64,000 nt of DNA from a virus, in the IMG/VR virus record IMGVR_UViG_3300021962_000077, positions 1 to 64,000 of that record. One strand, 5' to 3'. The translations under genes and the position numbers were made by a program. A model generated the notes under the pieces. The model worked only from the letters and a program-made list of their open reading frames with translations. It was not told where the DNA came from and ran no database searches. Positions within the stretch are counted from its first letter, which is position 1; every line of letters starts with the position of its first letter. This document shows positions 10,111-19,289 of this stretch, one piece after another.

Positions 10111-10509
10111 ATGAACGTTGTAAAAGGTAAAATTATTCCGCTCAATGATAGTGTTATTATCAGTGACATGCATTTTGATGAAATAAAAACTACTTCTGGA
10201 ATTATTATCAGAAGTGACGACGGTAAAAGCGAAGGAATTAAACCTCGCTGGGGGAAAGTTTGGGCCATTGGTCCAAACCAAGTAGATGTAAAAGTCGGAG
10301 AATGGATCCTAGTAGAACATGGACGATGGACTAGAGGGGTTACAGTTGAGGACGAAGAAGGAAATCAAACTGTCATTCGTCGAGTAGATGTTAAAAACAT
10401 TCTAGCAACCGCCGACGAACGTCCAAATGATATTCAGTTTGGATCTCATAGTAGTACAGAACAAGGTCAAGTATTTAGGCCGGAAATGTTTGCGGGCGCA
10501 CAGTTTTAA
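10111..10509 (+). CDS. groES: GroES-like co-chaperonin
   Basis: PLNDSVII...KTTSGIII...GKVWAIGP...VKVGEWIL...ILA. Confidence 0.8.
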   Translation: MNVVKGKIIPLNDSVIISDMHFDEIKTTSGIIIRSDDGKSEGIKPRWGKVWAIGPNQVDVKVGEWILVEHGRWTRGVTVEDEEGNQTVIRRVDVKNILATADERPNDIQFGSHSSTEQGQVFRPEMFAGAQF

Positions 10510-10524
10510 ATCAATTTGATTATC

Positions 10525-10560
10525 AGGGCTCTTGACGAGCCCTATTTTTTTCTGTATACT
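10525..10560 (+). terminator. Intrinsic terminator overlapping a sigma70 promoter (TTGACG-17-TATACT)
   Basis: agggctc-ttgac-gagccct followed by aT7; -35 lies in the loop. Confidence 0.65.
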
Positions 10561-10566
10561 ATGCAT

Positions 10567-10815
10567 ATGAAATGCAATACCTGTAATAAAGAATACACAC
10601 CAGATTGTAACTACAATCAAGGACGCTGTCCGCATCATCCACCGTTAATAAGCATACAACCTAAAGACACCAGTCGGGGACATTTTTACGTTAGCCTTAT
10701 CAAAAGCGGATTACGAATTGTAGCAGGCATTTTTCTAATTGATGGAAACTTGCTTGTTGCAGGATCATTGTTAATCCTAGCAGAAGGGTTGGGCATTATT
10801 GAGGAACTAGTTTGA
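10567..10815 (+). CDS. Small Cys-rich membrane protein
   Basis: CxxC...C...CPH followed by hydrophobic C-terminus. Confidence 0.55.
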   Translation: MKCNTCNKEYTPDCNYNQGRCPHHPPLISIQPKDTSRGHFYVSLIKSGLRIVAGIFLIDGNLLVAGSLLILAEGLGIIEELV

Positions 10816-11249
10816 AAATAGGTTTTACTTGTTCCACTTTCGACTTGTTTCACGCAGGTCATATCATAATGCTTAAAGAAGCAAAGAGCCAATGTGATTA
10901 TTTAATTGTAGGATTGCAAACCGATCCCACCATAGATCGTCCAAAAGAAAAAAATAGACCTGTTCAAAGTATTTTTGAAAGATTTGTACAGCTACAGGCC
11001 TGTAAATATGTAGATGAAATTGTAGTATATGCCACAGAGAAAGACTTAATTGATATACTACTTTCTTATCCCATAAATGTTAGAATTTTAGGTAATGAAT
11101 ACGAACACAAAACATTTACCGGTCGACAAGAGTGTATCGACAGAGGTATAAAATTTTATTATAATAAAAGAGAACATACTTTCTCAACAACAGAACTAAG
11201 GCAACGAGTTGTAGATGCAGAAGCTGAAAAGTTAATAAGGCCAATATGA
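10812..11249 (+). CDS. Cytidylyltransferase (TagD/RfaE-II-like)
   Basis: TFDLFHAGH (HxGH), LIVGLQTD, FSTTELR. Confidence 0.88.
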   Translation: MKIGFTCSTFDLFHAGHIIMLKEAKSQCDYLIVGLQTDPTIDRPKEKNRPVQSIFERFVQLQACKYVDEIVVYATEKDLIDILLSYPINVRILGNEYEHKTFTGRQECIDRGIKFYYNKREHTFSTTELRQRVVDAEAEKLIRPI

Positions 11250-11992
11250 CAGTATTGATAGAGAAAATTAGAAAAGGCCAGTTTTTAACTGTAGATACTT
11301 CTAGCATAAACAAAAATTTTGCAGTATCTGACACTGAAGAATTATTCAATCATAATTTAAAAATTATGCCGCAAGATTGGTTTTACAGAACCAATCCAGT
11401 AAATTACACAGTGAATAGTCAAGGCTACAGAACTGAAGAATTTGAAAAAATTGATTGGGCACAGTCTGTGGTAATCTTTGGCTGTTCAACAGTTTTTGGT
11501 ACAGGTGTCAGTGACGATCATACCATTGATTATTTTTTATCTAAAATATTAGGTATTCCGGTTATAAATCTTGGTGTGGCATCAACATCAATTGCCTATT
11601 CATTACATAATTCTTTAATATTAAGTGAATATTATCCTACCCCAAAAGCAGTTGTAAATCTTTGGACAGAGTACAGTAGAACTGCATATTATTTAGATAA
11701 TAGAGTAGATAATAAAGGTGTGTGGACCGAAGACCATTTTACACAAGAATGGCTACACTATGACAGTAACTCTGCCACTCACGCTATATTTGCTCAGATG
11801 ACTAGTCATCTTCTTTGGAAAAACAAATCCGCCTACTATGAGGCTAGTTTTTTCCCTGGTACAGCAATACTATTTCATTGTGATCATTTACCAGTATTTG
11901 ATCAAGCAAGAGACTTAATACACTATGGAAGAAAGACCAATAAAATGATAGCCGAAAAAATAGCATATAATTTAAAAAAGGAGTTAAACTAA
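11246..11992 (+). CDS. SGNH-hydrolase-like protein
   Basis: NSQGYR...FGCSTVFGTG...NLG...RDLIHYG. Confidence 0.55.
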   Translation: MTVLIEKIRKGQFLTVDTSSINKNFAVSDTEELFNHNLKIMPQDWFYRTNPVNYTVNSQGYRTEEFEKIDWAQSVVIFGCSTVFGTGVSDDHTIDYFLSKILGIPVINLGVASTSIAYSLHNSLILSEYYPTPKAVVNLWTEYSRTAYYLDNRVDNKGVWTEDHFTQEWLHYDSNSATHAIFAQMTSHLLWKNKSAYYEASFFPGTAILFHCDHLPVFDQARDLIHYGRKTNKMIAEKIAYNLKKELN

Positions 11993-12265
11993 ATGACCGT
12001 AGAAAATGCAGCAATGTTCTTAGCCAACAGTATCTTAATCGGAGCAGGATTTTGTATTGTTTTTATTGTAACCATTGTAATCAATAATCTGCTACACAAA
12101 TATTGGAAGCCAGTGAGAATTTTTAGTAAGGATTCTTGGCATTTTAATCCTCCGCATCGTTTTGTTACTGAACAAGAACTTAAGGAAATGGGCAAGGAAC
12201 TAGATCCAGAATGGGGGCAAATCCGTCCAGTTGATCCAGCAGAGAAAACAAACAATCAAAAATGA
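11993..12265 (+). CDS. Small membrane protein
   Basis: SD aaggag; one TM helix. Confidence 0.6.
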   Translation: MTVENAAMFLANSILIGAGFCIVFIVTIVINNLLHKYWKPVRIFSKDSWHFNPPHRFVTEQELKEMGKELDPEWGQIRPVDPAEKTNNQK

Positions 12266-12345
12266 ATTATGATATACTAAAAAAATATAGATTTCAGGAC
12301 ATAGTTGACTACTATAAAAATATTATTTTAAATAAAGGATTATAA

Positions 12346-13260
12346 ATGAAAACCTTATGGACTGAAAAGTATAGGCCTAAAACTATTAACGGCTATGTTT
12401 TTAGAGACGATGCTCAAAAATCGCAAGTTAATCATTGGATTGAACAAAAGACTATCCCACATTTACTATTCAGCGGAAATGCAGGTATTGGTAAAACTAC
12501 CCTAGCAAAGATCTTGCTCAACGAACTAAACATAAATGATCTTGACATTTTAGAAATTAACGCTAGTCGTACAAACTCAGTAGAAGATGTTAGAGATAAA
12601 ATTGTAAACTTTGTCCAAATGATTCCATTTGGAGATTTTAAGGTAGTACTATTAGATGAAGCAGATTACTTGTCTCCCAACGCACAAGCGGCTCTTCGCG
12701 GTGTTATGGAAGAATATCACACAACCGCACGATTTATTCTTACTTGCAATTATCCTAACAGAATCATTCCTGCTTTACATAGTCGATGCCAAGGATTTCA
12801 CATTGAGCGTGTCGATATTACTGAGTTTACCGCTCGTGTTGCTACTATTCTTGTTGAAGAAAACATTGAGTTTGACCTCGATACCCTAGACACATTTGTC
12901 AAGGCAACTTATCCAGACTTACGCAAGTGTATCAATACTGTACAAATGAATAGTATGAGTGGTACATTACATACTCCAGAAAAAGGAGATACTGGAGATG
13001 CAGACTATAAGATTGAAATGGTTGAACTGTTTAAGAAAGGTAAGATTTCAGAAGCACGTAAACTAGTATGTGCTCAGGCTAGACCAGAAGAAATTGAAGA
13101 TATCTATAGATGGCTCTATGATAATGTAGCTATTTTTGGAGAAGAGTCTAAACAAGAAGCTGCCATATTGTGGATTAAACAAGGCATGGTAGATCATACG
13201 CTAGTAATCGATCCAGAAATTAATCTAGCAGCAACATTAATTAGGCTAGCACATATTTAA
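12346..13260 (+). CDS. Clamp loader AAA+ subunit (T4 gp44/RFC-small-like)
   Basis: LWTEKYRP, GNAGIGKT, INAS, LLDEAD, SRC, PDLRK. Confidence 0.93.
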   Translation: MKTLWTEKYRPKTINGYVFRDDAQKSQVNHWIEQKTIPHLLFSGNAGIGKTTLAKILLNELNINDLDILEINASRTNSVEDVRDKIVNFVQMIPFGDFKVVLLDEADYLSPNAQAALRGVMEEYHTTARFILTCNYPNRIIPALHSRCQGFHIERVDITEFTARVATILVEENIEFDLDTLDTFVKATYPDLRKCINTVQMNSMSGTLHTPEKGDTGDADYKIEMVELFKKGKISEARKLVCAQARPEEIEDIYRWLYDNVAIFGEESKQEAAILWIKQGMVDHTLVIDPEINLAATLIRLAHI

Positions 13261-13272
13261 AGGATACAATAT

Positions 13273-13512
13273 ATGGGATTCCGTACTCCGATAGACTATA
13301 ACAGTGTACATCATCAAATTTATCTTACAGGTGTAGAAATAAACAGTCCGTACAATGATGGATTTACATCTTGGCACTTAAAACAAGATCTTTATAAAAT
13401 TAAATGGTTAGTCGATGAAATCATTAGAACTAGTCCTACATTTGCAGGTGAAGATGAATTTGTAAATGAAAATAGTAAAAAGATCATGTGGAAAAGACTA
13501 AATGAAAAATAA
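13273..13512 (+). CDS. Hypothetical protein
   Basis: 79-aa ORF with SD aagga. Confidence 0.55.
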   Translation: MGFRTPIDYNSVHHQIYLTGVEINSPYNDGFTSWHLKQDLYKIKWLVDEIIRTSPTFAGEDEFVNENSKKIMWKRLNEK

Positions 13513-14029
13513 ATTAAAATTTGCTTACATGAAAACTGCAGAAACATTTGCAGCACTTAGTCATGCTCGCAGATTACATGTAGGCGCTATTATTGTTAAA
13601 GATGATAGAATTATCTCTATAGGTTACAACGGTATGCCTAGCGGATGGGATAACGATTGCGAGAACGTAGACTTTATGAGTAGAGATGCCGGACAATGGT
13701 TAAATCCAGAAGAGGTTTATCAACGGTGGCCTTTTCAAGAAGAAGATATTGATCCTGATTTAGGTCATGCTAGAAGATACAGACTTGTTACAAAACCAGA
13801 GGTGTTACATGCTGAAACAAATGCGATTGCAAAACTTGCTAAATCTAACGAATCTGGTATGGGTGCTACTATGTTTGTTACCCATGCTCCATGTTTGGAC
13901 TGTGCCAAACTTATCTACCAAAGTGGTATTGGCAGTGTTTTATATAGGGACACTTATAGGGATACTAGTGGTATCACGTTTCTGGAACGATCGGGTGTAA
14001 AAGTTGAACAAGTAGAAAAGGGCTCCTGA
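13502..14029 (+). CDS. dCMP deaminase
   Basis: VGAIIV..IISIGYNG, HAETNA, PCLDC. Confidence 0.9.
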   Translation: MKNKLKFAYMKTAETFAALSHARRLHVGAIIVKDDRIISIGYNGMPSGWDNDCENVDFMSRDAGQWLNPEEVYQRWPFQEEDIDPDLGHARRYRLVTKPEVLHAETNAIAKLAKSNESGMGATMFVTHAPCLDCAKLIYQSGIGSVLYRDTYRDTSGITFLERSGVKVEQVEKGS

Positions 14030-14040
14030 GAGCCCTTTTC
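14015..14040. terminator. Bidirectional intrinsic terminator
   Basis: gaaaagggctc-ctga-gagcccttttc between convergent genes. Confidence 0.8.
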
Positions 14041-14053
14041 TCATAACATTATT

Positions 14054-14767
14054 TTAATCTCCATAAACCGTTAACACCTCCTTTACGGCATTATGGCGTT
14101 CAATGTCCTTATGATCAAACTGTACTATGTCTAAATAGGTCAGTGATTTATTTTCTATTAGGTCGCAGAAGTTGATTAAACCATTATCGTTTAATCTGTC
14201 GGCTTGTGCTAGGTCTCCTGTAACTACCATCTTAGATCCCTCCCCTAATCTAGTCAGTAGCATTTTCATTTGATTGACTGTAGCATTTTGCATTTCGTCT
14301 GCGACAATGTATGCGTTTTTAAATGTACGTCCACGCATATAGGCCAGCGGACTTATTTCTATTACTCCTTCCTCTAACATTTTTGCAATGTCTCTAGTTT
14401 GGTAATACTCACCTAGAACATCAAAAATAGGTCTTGTCCAAGGTGCCATTTTTTCATTTAGCGTTCCTGGTAAGAATCCTAGATCTTCATCTACACTAAC
14501 GGCGGGTCTGGTAACAATGATTTTGTCTACTTGCCCCTCTTGAAATAGTTTAATTCCAACTTGTACAGCCAGCATGGTTTTGCCCGTGCCTGCTGGCCCG
14601 ATAGCAAATACTATGCTCTTCTGTTCGTCTTGGAGTTTTAGCAGATACTCTTGCTGGTTTCTATTTCGAGGTGTAAGTATCACCCTATGCTTCTTTTGAG
14701 GCATATAAGTGTTAAAATCAATCACGTTTACTTCACTTGTAAATCGTTTTTTCACTCTTTTTGTCAT
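14054..14767 (-). CDS. phoH: PhoH-family ATPase
   Basis: GPAGTGKT, TRPAV, LGFLPG, YMRGRTF, DEMQN, TRLGE, GDLAQ. Confidence 0.95.
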   Translation of the reverse strand: MTKRVKKRFTSEVNVIDFNTYMPQKKHRVILTPRNRNQQEYLLKLQDEQKSIVFAIGPAGTGKTMLAVQVGIKLFQEGQVDKIIVTRPAVSVDEDLGFLPGTLNEKMAPWTRPIFDVLGEYYQTRDIAKMLEEGVIEISPLAYMRGRTFKNAYIVADEMQNATVNQMKMLLTRLGEGSKMVVTGDLAQADRLNDNGLINFCDLIENKSLTYLDIVQFDHKDIERHNAVKEVLTVYGD

Positions 14768-14794
14768 TGTTAAATGTCTCCTACATTTGGGGAA

Positions 14795-14851
14795 TGCAGG
14801 ACGACTGTAGCGACCGCCCTGATTACTACAGTGGTCCTACAAATTTATTTA
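14795..14851 (-). promoter_or_regulatory. TAAATA promoter plus long 5'-UTR hairpin of phoH
   Basis: Minus strand TAAATA at 14846-14851, then tgtaggac-c-actgtagt...gctacagt-c-gtcctgca hairpin. Confidence 0.55.
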
Positions 14852-14898
14852 ACAAAACGGGCTAAAAGTAAACTGATAGCATATAAAATTGATTGGGC

Positions 14899-14904
14899 TA
14901 AATA
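14899..14904 (+). promoter_or_regulatory. Putative late promoter TAAATA
   Basis: Upstream of the operon leading into the lysis genes. Confidence 0.5.
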
Positions 14905-14927
14905 CATGATGAAACTGCGAGATAGAA

Positions 14928-15503
14928 ATGCATGACATTTTAGACGTTATTAAAAACATACAAACCATTTACGAAAGCAATAGTACCCTAGCTATTCTTA
15001 AAGATTTCGAACGTGTGCTCGACGAGAGCAACTTATACGTTTATGAAAACTGGTTAGACGGGGAAGTTGCTTACGGTCCTAAAGTTGATCGTCATTGGGT
15101 AACAGCCGGGTTTATGTGGCCTAGAGATAAAATGCCAGACCCTATGGCTGCTAAAAGACTTACTGAGTTAGGCTGCAAAGTCAAATATCAAAAAACTCAC
15201 CTTATCGAAGTTAGAAAAATTAAAAAGCCTAGCGACATTCGTCCAGGTACTAAAAAAGGGCATTTAGATCATAAGCCTATCTGGGTGGTAGAAATTACTA
15301 TGCCAAAGAAATTAGCCTTTGATGTATATAAAGGTTATATGGATAAAATGCGCGAAGAAAAATATGGTAACAACCCTAAGGCTAAAGGTAGTGTTCCACA
15401 GGCTGATGTAAATGCTGCAATGCCTCCAAATCCTGCGATGCCTCCGGCAGGTGCAGTTCCACAAACACCGATGCCAGCAGCTGGTGCAGCACCTGCAGTA
15501 TAA
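14928..15503 (+). CDS. Hypothetical protein
   Basis: 191-aa ORF; Pro/Ala-rich tail. Confidence 0.7.
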   Translation: MHDILDVIKNIQTIYESNSTLAILKDFERVLDESNLYVYENWLDGEVAYGPKVDRHWVTAGFMWPRDKMPDPMAAKRLTELGCKVKYQKTHLIEVRKIKKPSDIRPGTKKGHLDHKPIWVVEITMPKKLAFDVYKGYMDKMREEKYGNNPKAKGSVPQADVNAAMPPNPAMPPAGAVPQTPMPAAGAAPAV

Positions 15504-15512
15504 GGATCATAT

Positions 15513-16235
15513 ATGTCACTTAGAGCAAAAGATCTAATAGACCTAGTTAAACCGGTATTCGAAGTAGATTCGTATTCGTCAAAAATGGGCAACGACAAAG
15601 ATGTTGTTGTAATTAGTTTTACTGTAGATCAAAAAGAACCAGCAGATGACCTAGTAGCATTTTGTGAAATGGGTTATAGTTTTGTACTTGATGCAGATGT
15701 AACACCTGGTGAATTAGACGACGGTACTTATAGAGTATTTGTAGAAATACAAAGAAATAAACGTATCGGTGAACAGATTAATGAATTATTAGATGGTGTT
15801 AAAAAATTAACAGGTCACGATGATCTACGTTTTCGGTACTATAAAAGTTTTAAAAGTTTACCAGCTGATCAAAATACTTTAGAAGAAACTGTGCCTAGTG
15901 ATGCAAACTCCTACGAGATGTCTATACAAGAAAATTCAATGAATAACTTCACTAACTTTTTTGGTAGAAGTAATGTAGATACTATTTCAGCATTGAATGA
16001 AAATTCTATCAAGTTCAAAAAAATCTATGCAGAGCCATTGACCATGCGTGTCATAGACTTTGGACCCCGTGCAGAAGTCTATTCTCGTATAGAAGGACCT
16101 ATTGGTATTAGTAGTACAGATATAAGCGAGTGTTTATATCTAACAAAATATCTCGGTAATTATAATATAACAAAAATTGGCAATGCATTTGTTTTTGAGA
16201 ATCAAGGATATGCCGTTGCCTTAGAAAGGATATAA
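15513..16235 (+). CDS. Hypothetical protein
   Basis: 240-aa ORF with SD aagga. Confidence 0.7.
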   Translation: MSLRAKDLIDLVKPVFEVDSYSSKMGNDKDVVVISFTVDQKEPADDLVAFCEMGYSFVLDADVTPGELDDGTYRVFVEIQRNKRIGEQINELLDGVKKLTGHDDLRFRYYKSFKSLPADQNTLEETVPSDANSYEMSIQENSMNNFTNFFGRSNVDTISALNENSIKFKKIYAEPLTMRVIDFGPRAEVYSRIEGPIGISSTDISECLYLTKYLGNYNITKIGNAFVFENQGYAVALERI

Positions 16236-16236
16236 T

Positions 16237-16866
16237 ATGTCAGGATTTACATTTGATTTTACAGAAGATAAACTTGCAGCAATTATTGGTAAAAATCCAT
16301 ACTTAGAACATTGGTACGAGGCATTAGTACAAATTCTTCCAGACTATGATATTAATACCCCGGAAAGAGTCGCAGCTTTTGTTGCACAGTGTGCTCATGA
16401 AAGTGGCGGATTTAGAGCTATCAAAGAAAATCTTAACTATAAAGCAGAAACATTAAGAAAATTATTTTCTAAATATTTTCCAACAGATGAACTAGCAAGG
16501 CAGTATGAAAAACAGCCTGAACGTATTGCTAACCGTATATATGGTGGGCGTATGGGCAATGGTCCAGAAGAAAGTGGAGATGGATTCCGTTATTGTGGTA
16601 GGGGTCTAATTCAATTAACTGGTAAAGACAACTATAATCGCTATGCTGAAAGTCTACAGATTAGTGTAGAAGAAGCCAGTGAACATCTAACAACATTTGA
16701 AGGCTGTGTACAATCAGCTGCTTGGTTTTGGGAAGCTAACAATTTAAATGCTGAAGCAGATGCTGGCGATATTAAAAAGATGACTAAAAAAATCAATGGC
16801 GGATACATTGGTTTAGAAGATCGTATCAAACACTACGATCACGCACTACACGTATTCGGAGCATAA
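16237..16866 (+). CDS. GH19 (chitinase-like) endolysin
   Basis: AQCAHESGGF, ENLNY, GRGLIQLTGKDNY, SAAWFW, INGG..GL.DR. Confidence 0.92.
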   Translation: MSGFTFDFTEDKLAAIIGKNPYLEHWYEALVQILPDYDINTPERVAAFVAQCAHESGGFRAIKENLNYKAETLRKLFSKYFPTDELARQYEKQPERIANRIYGGRMGNGPEESGDGFRYCGRGLIQLTGKDNYNRYAESLQISVEEASEHLTTFEGCVQSAAWFWEANNLNAEADAGDIKKMTKKINGGYIGLEDRIKHYDHALHVFGA

Positions 16867-16867
16867 A

Positions 16868-17338
16868 GTGAGCACAATCGTTTGGATCCTAGGTTTTCTA
16901 CCTGATACATTGTTTGTAATGATTGCTTACCTCTGTTGGGGTGCAGGACTTGCACTGTATGTGGCCAGTAAGTTAGTTAAATGGATTCCAATGATGAGTA
17001 CCTATAAACTTCCATCTGAAATTATAGGTGTTCTTGCACTTATGTTTGGCAGTTACTTATTTGGTAGTCACGCAACTAATCTTCTATGGGAAGAGCGTGT
17101 AAAAGAAATGGAAGCCAAAGTAGCTGCTGCTGAAGCGCAAAGTAAGGAAGTCAATACAAAAATTGTCACTAAAGTAATAACAAAAACACAAATTGTTAAA
17201 ACTAGAGGTGAAGATATAGTAAAGTATGTTGATCGCGAAGTTATCAAATATGATGAAAAATTTGCCAAGGGCGGTCAATGCGAAATACCTAAAGAATTTA
17301 TTAAAGCACACAATGATGCTGCCGAGGCGCCAAAATGA
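16868..17338 (+). CDS. Inner-membrane spanin (Rz-like)
   Basis: N-terminal TM helices, coiled coil, C-terminal Cys; directly after the endolysin. Confidence 0.7.
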   Translation: MSTIVWILGFLPDTLFVMIAYLCWGAGLALYVASKLVKWIPMMSTYKLPSEIIGVLALMFGSYLFGSHATNLLWEERVKEMEAKVAAAEAQSKEVNTKIVTKVITKTQIVKTRGEDIVKYVDREVIKYDEKFAKGGQCEIPKEFIKAHNDAAEAPK

Positions 17339-17598
17339 AAATAGTTAGTATCTTATTGTTATCATTGTTAGTAGGTTGTTCAACAACAGTACCAGTTACA
17401 GCTAAATTTCCTGAAGTTCCAGAAAGGTTATTAGAAAAATGCCCTCAATTAAAAAAATTAGAAGAAGAAGCAAAGTTAAGCGACATATCAAAAACAGTAA
17501 CCGTTAACTATACAACATATTATGAATGTGCTGTTAAAAATGACGCATGGATAGAATGGTATCAAATACAAAAACAAATTTTTGAAAGTGTAAAATAA
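17335..17598 (+). CDS. Outer-membrane lipoprotein spanin (Rz1-like)
   Basis: Signal peptide with lipobox LVGC; Pro-rich; two further Cys. Confidence 0.75.
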   Translation: MKIVSILLLSLLVGCSTTVPVTAKFPEVPERLLEKCPQLKKLEEEAKLSDISKTVTVNYTTYYECAVKNDAWIEWYQIQKQIFESVK

Positions 17599-17608
17599 AG
17601 GAGTAGAT

Positions 17609-18106
17609 ATGCCTGATCAAGTGCAAGAACCAGAAAAGAAAAAAGACGAAGATTGGATGCAGAAGAAATGGCGTCCTGCTATGGGTTGGCTATACATGTT
17701 AGTATGCTTTTGTGACATGATTGTGTTTCCCGTCCTTTGGAGTATATTACAAGCCATACAAAAAGTACCTATTACACAATGGAACCCATTGTCGTTACAA
17801 GGTGCAGGGTTATTCCATGTGGCCATGGGTGCTGTACTAGGTATTGCAGCATTTGGTCGTACACAAGAAAAAATTGCTGGTGCTGCTGCTAATCCATCGC
17901 CTACATCATTTACTCCACCACCAGCTGCGCCTGCTGCTAGCGGATTTGGTATGCCAACACAAACTTATAACCCGCCAGCGCAAACATTTAGTCCACCTCC
18001 ATCGCCCCCTAGTAGCTTCGGCGGTGGGTTTGGAAGTCCGGCACCAATATCAACTACTGCAAGCGGGAAGAAAATTATCCCAACAGATCCAGATCCAGTT
18101 CTATAA
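17609..18106 (+). CDS. Holin-like membrane protein
   Basis: WRPAMGW...GAVLG...GRTQEK pattern of the GTA-type holin family; Pro-rich tail. Confidence 0.65.
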   Translation: MPDQVQEPEKKKDEDWMQKKWRPAMGWLYMLVCFCDMIVFPVLWSILQAIQKVPITQWNPLSLQGAGLFHVAMGAVLGIAAFGRTQEKIAGAAANPSPTSFTPPPAAPAASGFGMPTQTYNPPAQTFSPPPSPPSSFGGGFGSPAPISTTASGKKIIPTDPDPVL

Positions 18107-18116
18107 AGGAAATATT

Positions 18117-18329
18117 ATGAAAAAATTATTAGCACTATTAGCACTAACACTAGCTTCAACTGCTTTTGCAGGTGGTGAAATTAAGGAAATTTGTAAAGAT
18201 AAAGTTGACAAGGCCGGCAAACCAGTCTTAGACAAAAAGACCAAAAAGCCTGTTCAAGACTGTAAAAAAATCAAAGTTCATAAAAAGGTAGAAGGCGATA
18301 AGGTTCCAGAACCAGCCAAAAAGAAATAA
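18117..18329 (+). CDS. Small exported basic protein
   Basis: SD aagga; signal peptide MKKLLALLALTLASTAFA; two Cys; Lys-rich. Confidence 0.65.
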   Translation: MKKLLALLALTLASTAFAGGEIKEICKDKVDKAGKPVLDKKTKKPVQDCKKIKVHKKVEGDKVPEPAKKK

Positions 18330-18341
18330 TCTACCAAACTT

Positions 18342-18392
18342 TTGACAAAGCAAGGCCATGGCAGTATAATTACTGTTGTACCTTGCTTTTTT
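18342..18392 (+). promoter_or_regulatory. Consensus sigma70 promoter (TTGACA-17-TATAAT) nested in a terminator-like hairpin
   Basis: aaagcaagg...ccttgcttt arms followed by a T run; TATAAT at the hairpin apex. Confidence 0.75.
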
Positions 18393-18408
18393 AATTGTGA
18401 GATAAAAT

Positions 18409-19242
18409 ATGGATTACTATGAAACACTAGGCGTAAGAAAAAACGCCACCCAAGAAGAAATTAAAAAGGCCTACAGAAGCCTAGCAAATAAACACCATCC
18501 TGATAAAGGGGGAGATCAAGCTAAATTTAAAGACATTAGTGTGGCCTATGATACACTCAGTGACCCGCAAAAACGTCAAGAATATGATATGGGTGGAAGT
18601 CAAAACATTCATATCAATAGCGGCAATTTTCACGATGTATTTAATAATGCTTTTCAATTCCATTTTGGAGGAGGGCATCCATTTGGAGATATATTTGGAC
18701 GTAGGCAGCATCGAAATCGAGACTTAAACATACAATGTCAAGTTACACTACTTGACTCGTTTTCTGGTAAACAGTTTGAAGCTAGTTACACATTACCTAG
18801 TGGAAAAAATCAAACAGTAGTAATTAATGTGCCGCCCGGAGTAGACAATGGAGGTACTATAAGATACCAAGGGCTAGGGGACGATAGTATTCCTGGTATC
18901 CCTCGTGGAGATCTAAATGTCACTGTGATAATTATTCCAGATTCTAAATACGTGCGGCATAATGATGATCTGTATACTAATTTAGAAATAAATCCAATCG
19001 AAGCTATGATTGGCACTAGAAAGACTGTAAAAAATATAGACGGACAAGTGCTGAATATCGATGTACGTGCAGGAGTAAGTGATGGTACAGAATATGCAAG
19101 GGCAGGTATGGGATTTCCAAATATGCGAGGAGGAGCACGGGGAAGATTTGTTATAGTTGTAAAAATTAAAGCTCCGGCTGTGACCAATCCAGACTTAATA
19201 AAAAAATTGCAAAAAATTAACGAAGAAATCAACGGCTCTTGA
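18409..19242 (+). CDS. dnaJ: DnaJ/CbpA-like J-domain co-chaperone (no Zn finger)
   Basis: [14 protein letters not shown]-rich linker, DnaJ C-terminal domain. Confidence 0.92.
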   Translation: MDYYETLGVRKNATQEEIKKAYRSLANKHHPDKGGDQAKFKDISVAYDTLSDPQKRQEYDMGGSQNIHINSGNFHDVFNNAFQFHFGGGHPFGDIFGRRQHRNRDLNIQCQVTLLDSFSGKQFEASYTLPSGKNQTVVINVPPGVDNGGTIRYQGLGDDSIPGIPRGDLNVTVIIIPDSKYVRHNDDLYTNLEINPIEAMIGTRKTVKNIDGQVLNIDVRAGVSDGTEYARAGMGFPNMRGGARGRFVIVVKIKAPAVTNPDLIKKLQKINEEINGS

Positions 19243-19266
19243 CATAAATCAAAAAGAGTGTATAAT
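19239..19266 (+). promoter_or_regulatory. Sigma70 promoter TTGACA-16-TATAAT
   Basis: Consensus hexamers upstream of clpA. Confidence 0.7.
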
Positions 19267-19289
19267 AACTGTAGTAAAAAGGAATTCAA

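Noticed and set aside
17844-18116. Long N-terminal extension of the 17844..18329 ORF
   Set aside because: Overlaps the holin in another frame; the SD and signal peptide place the real start at 18117.
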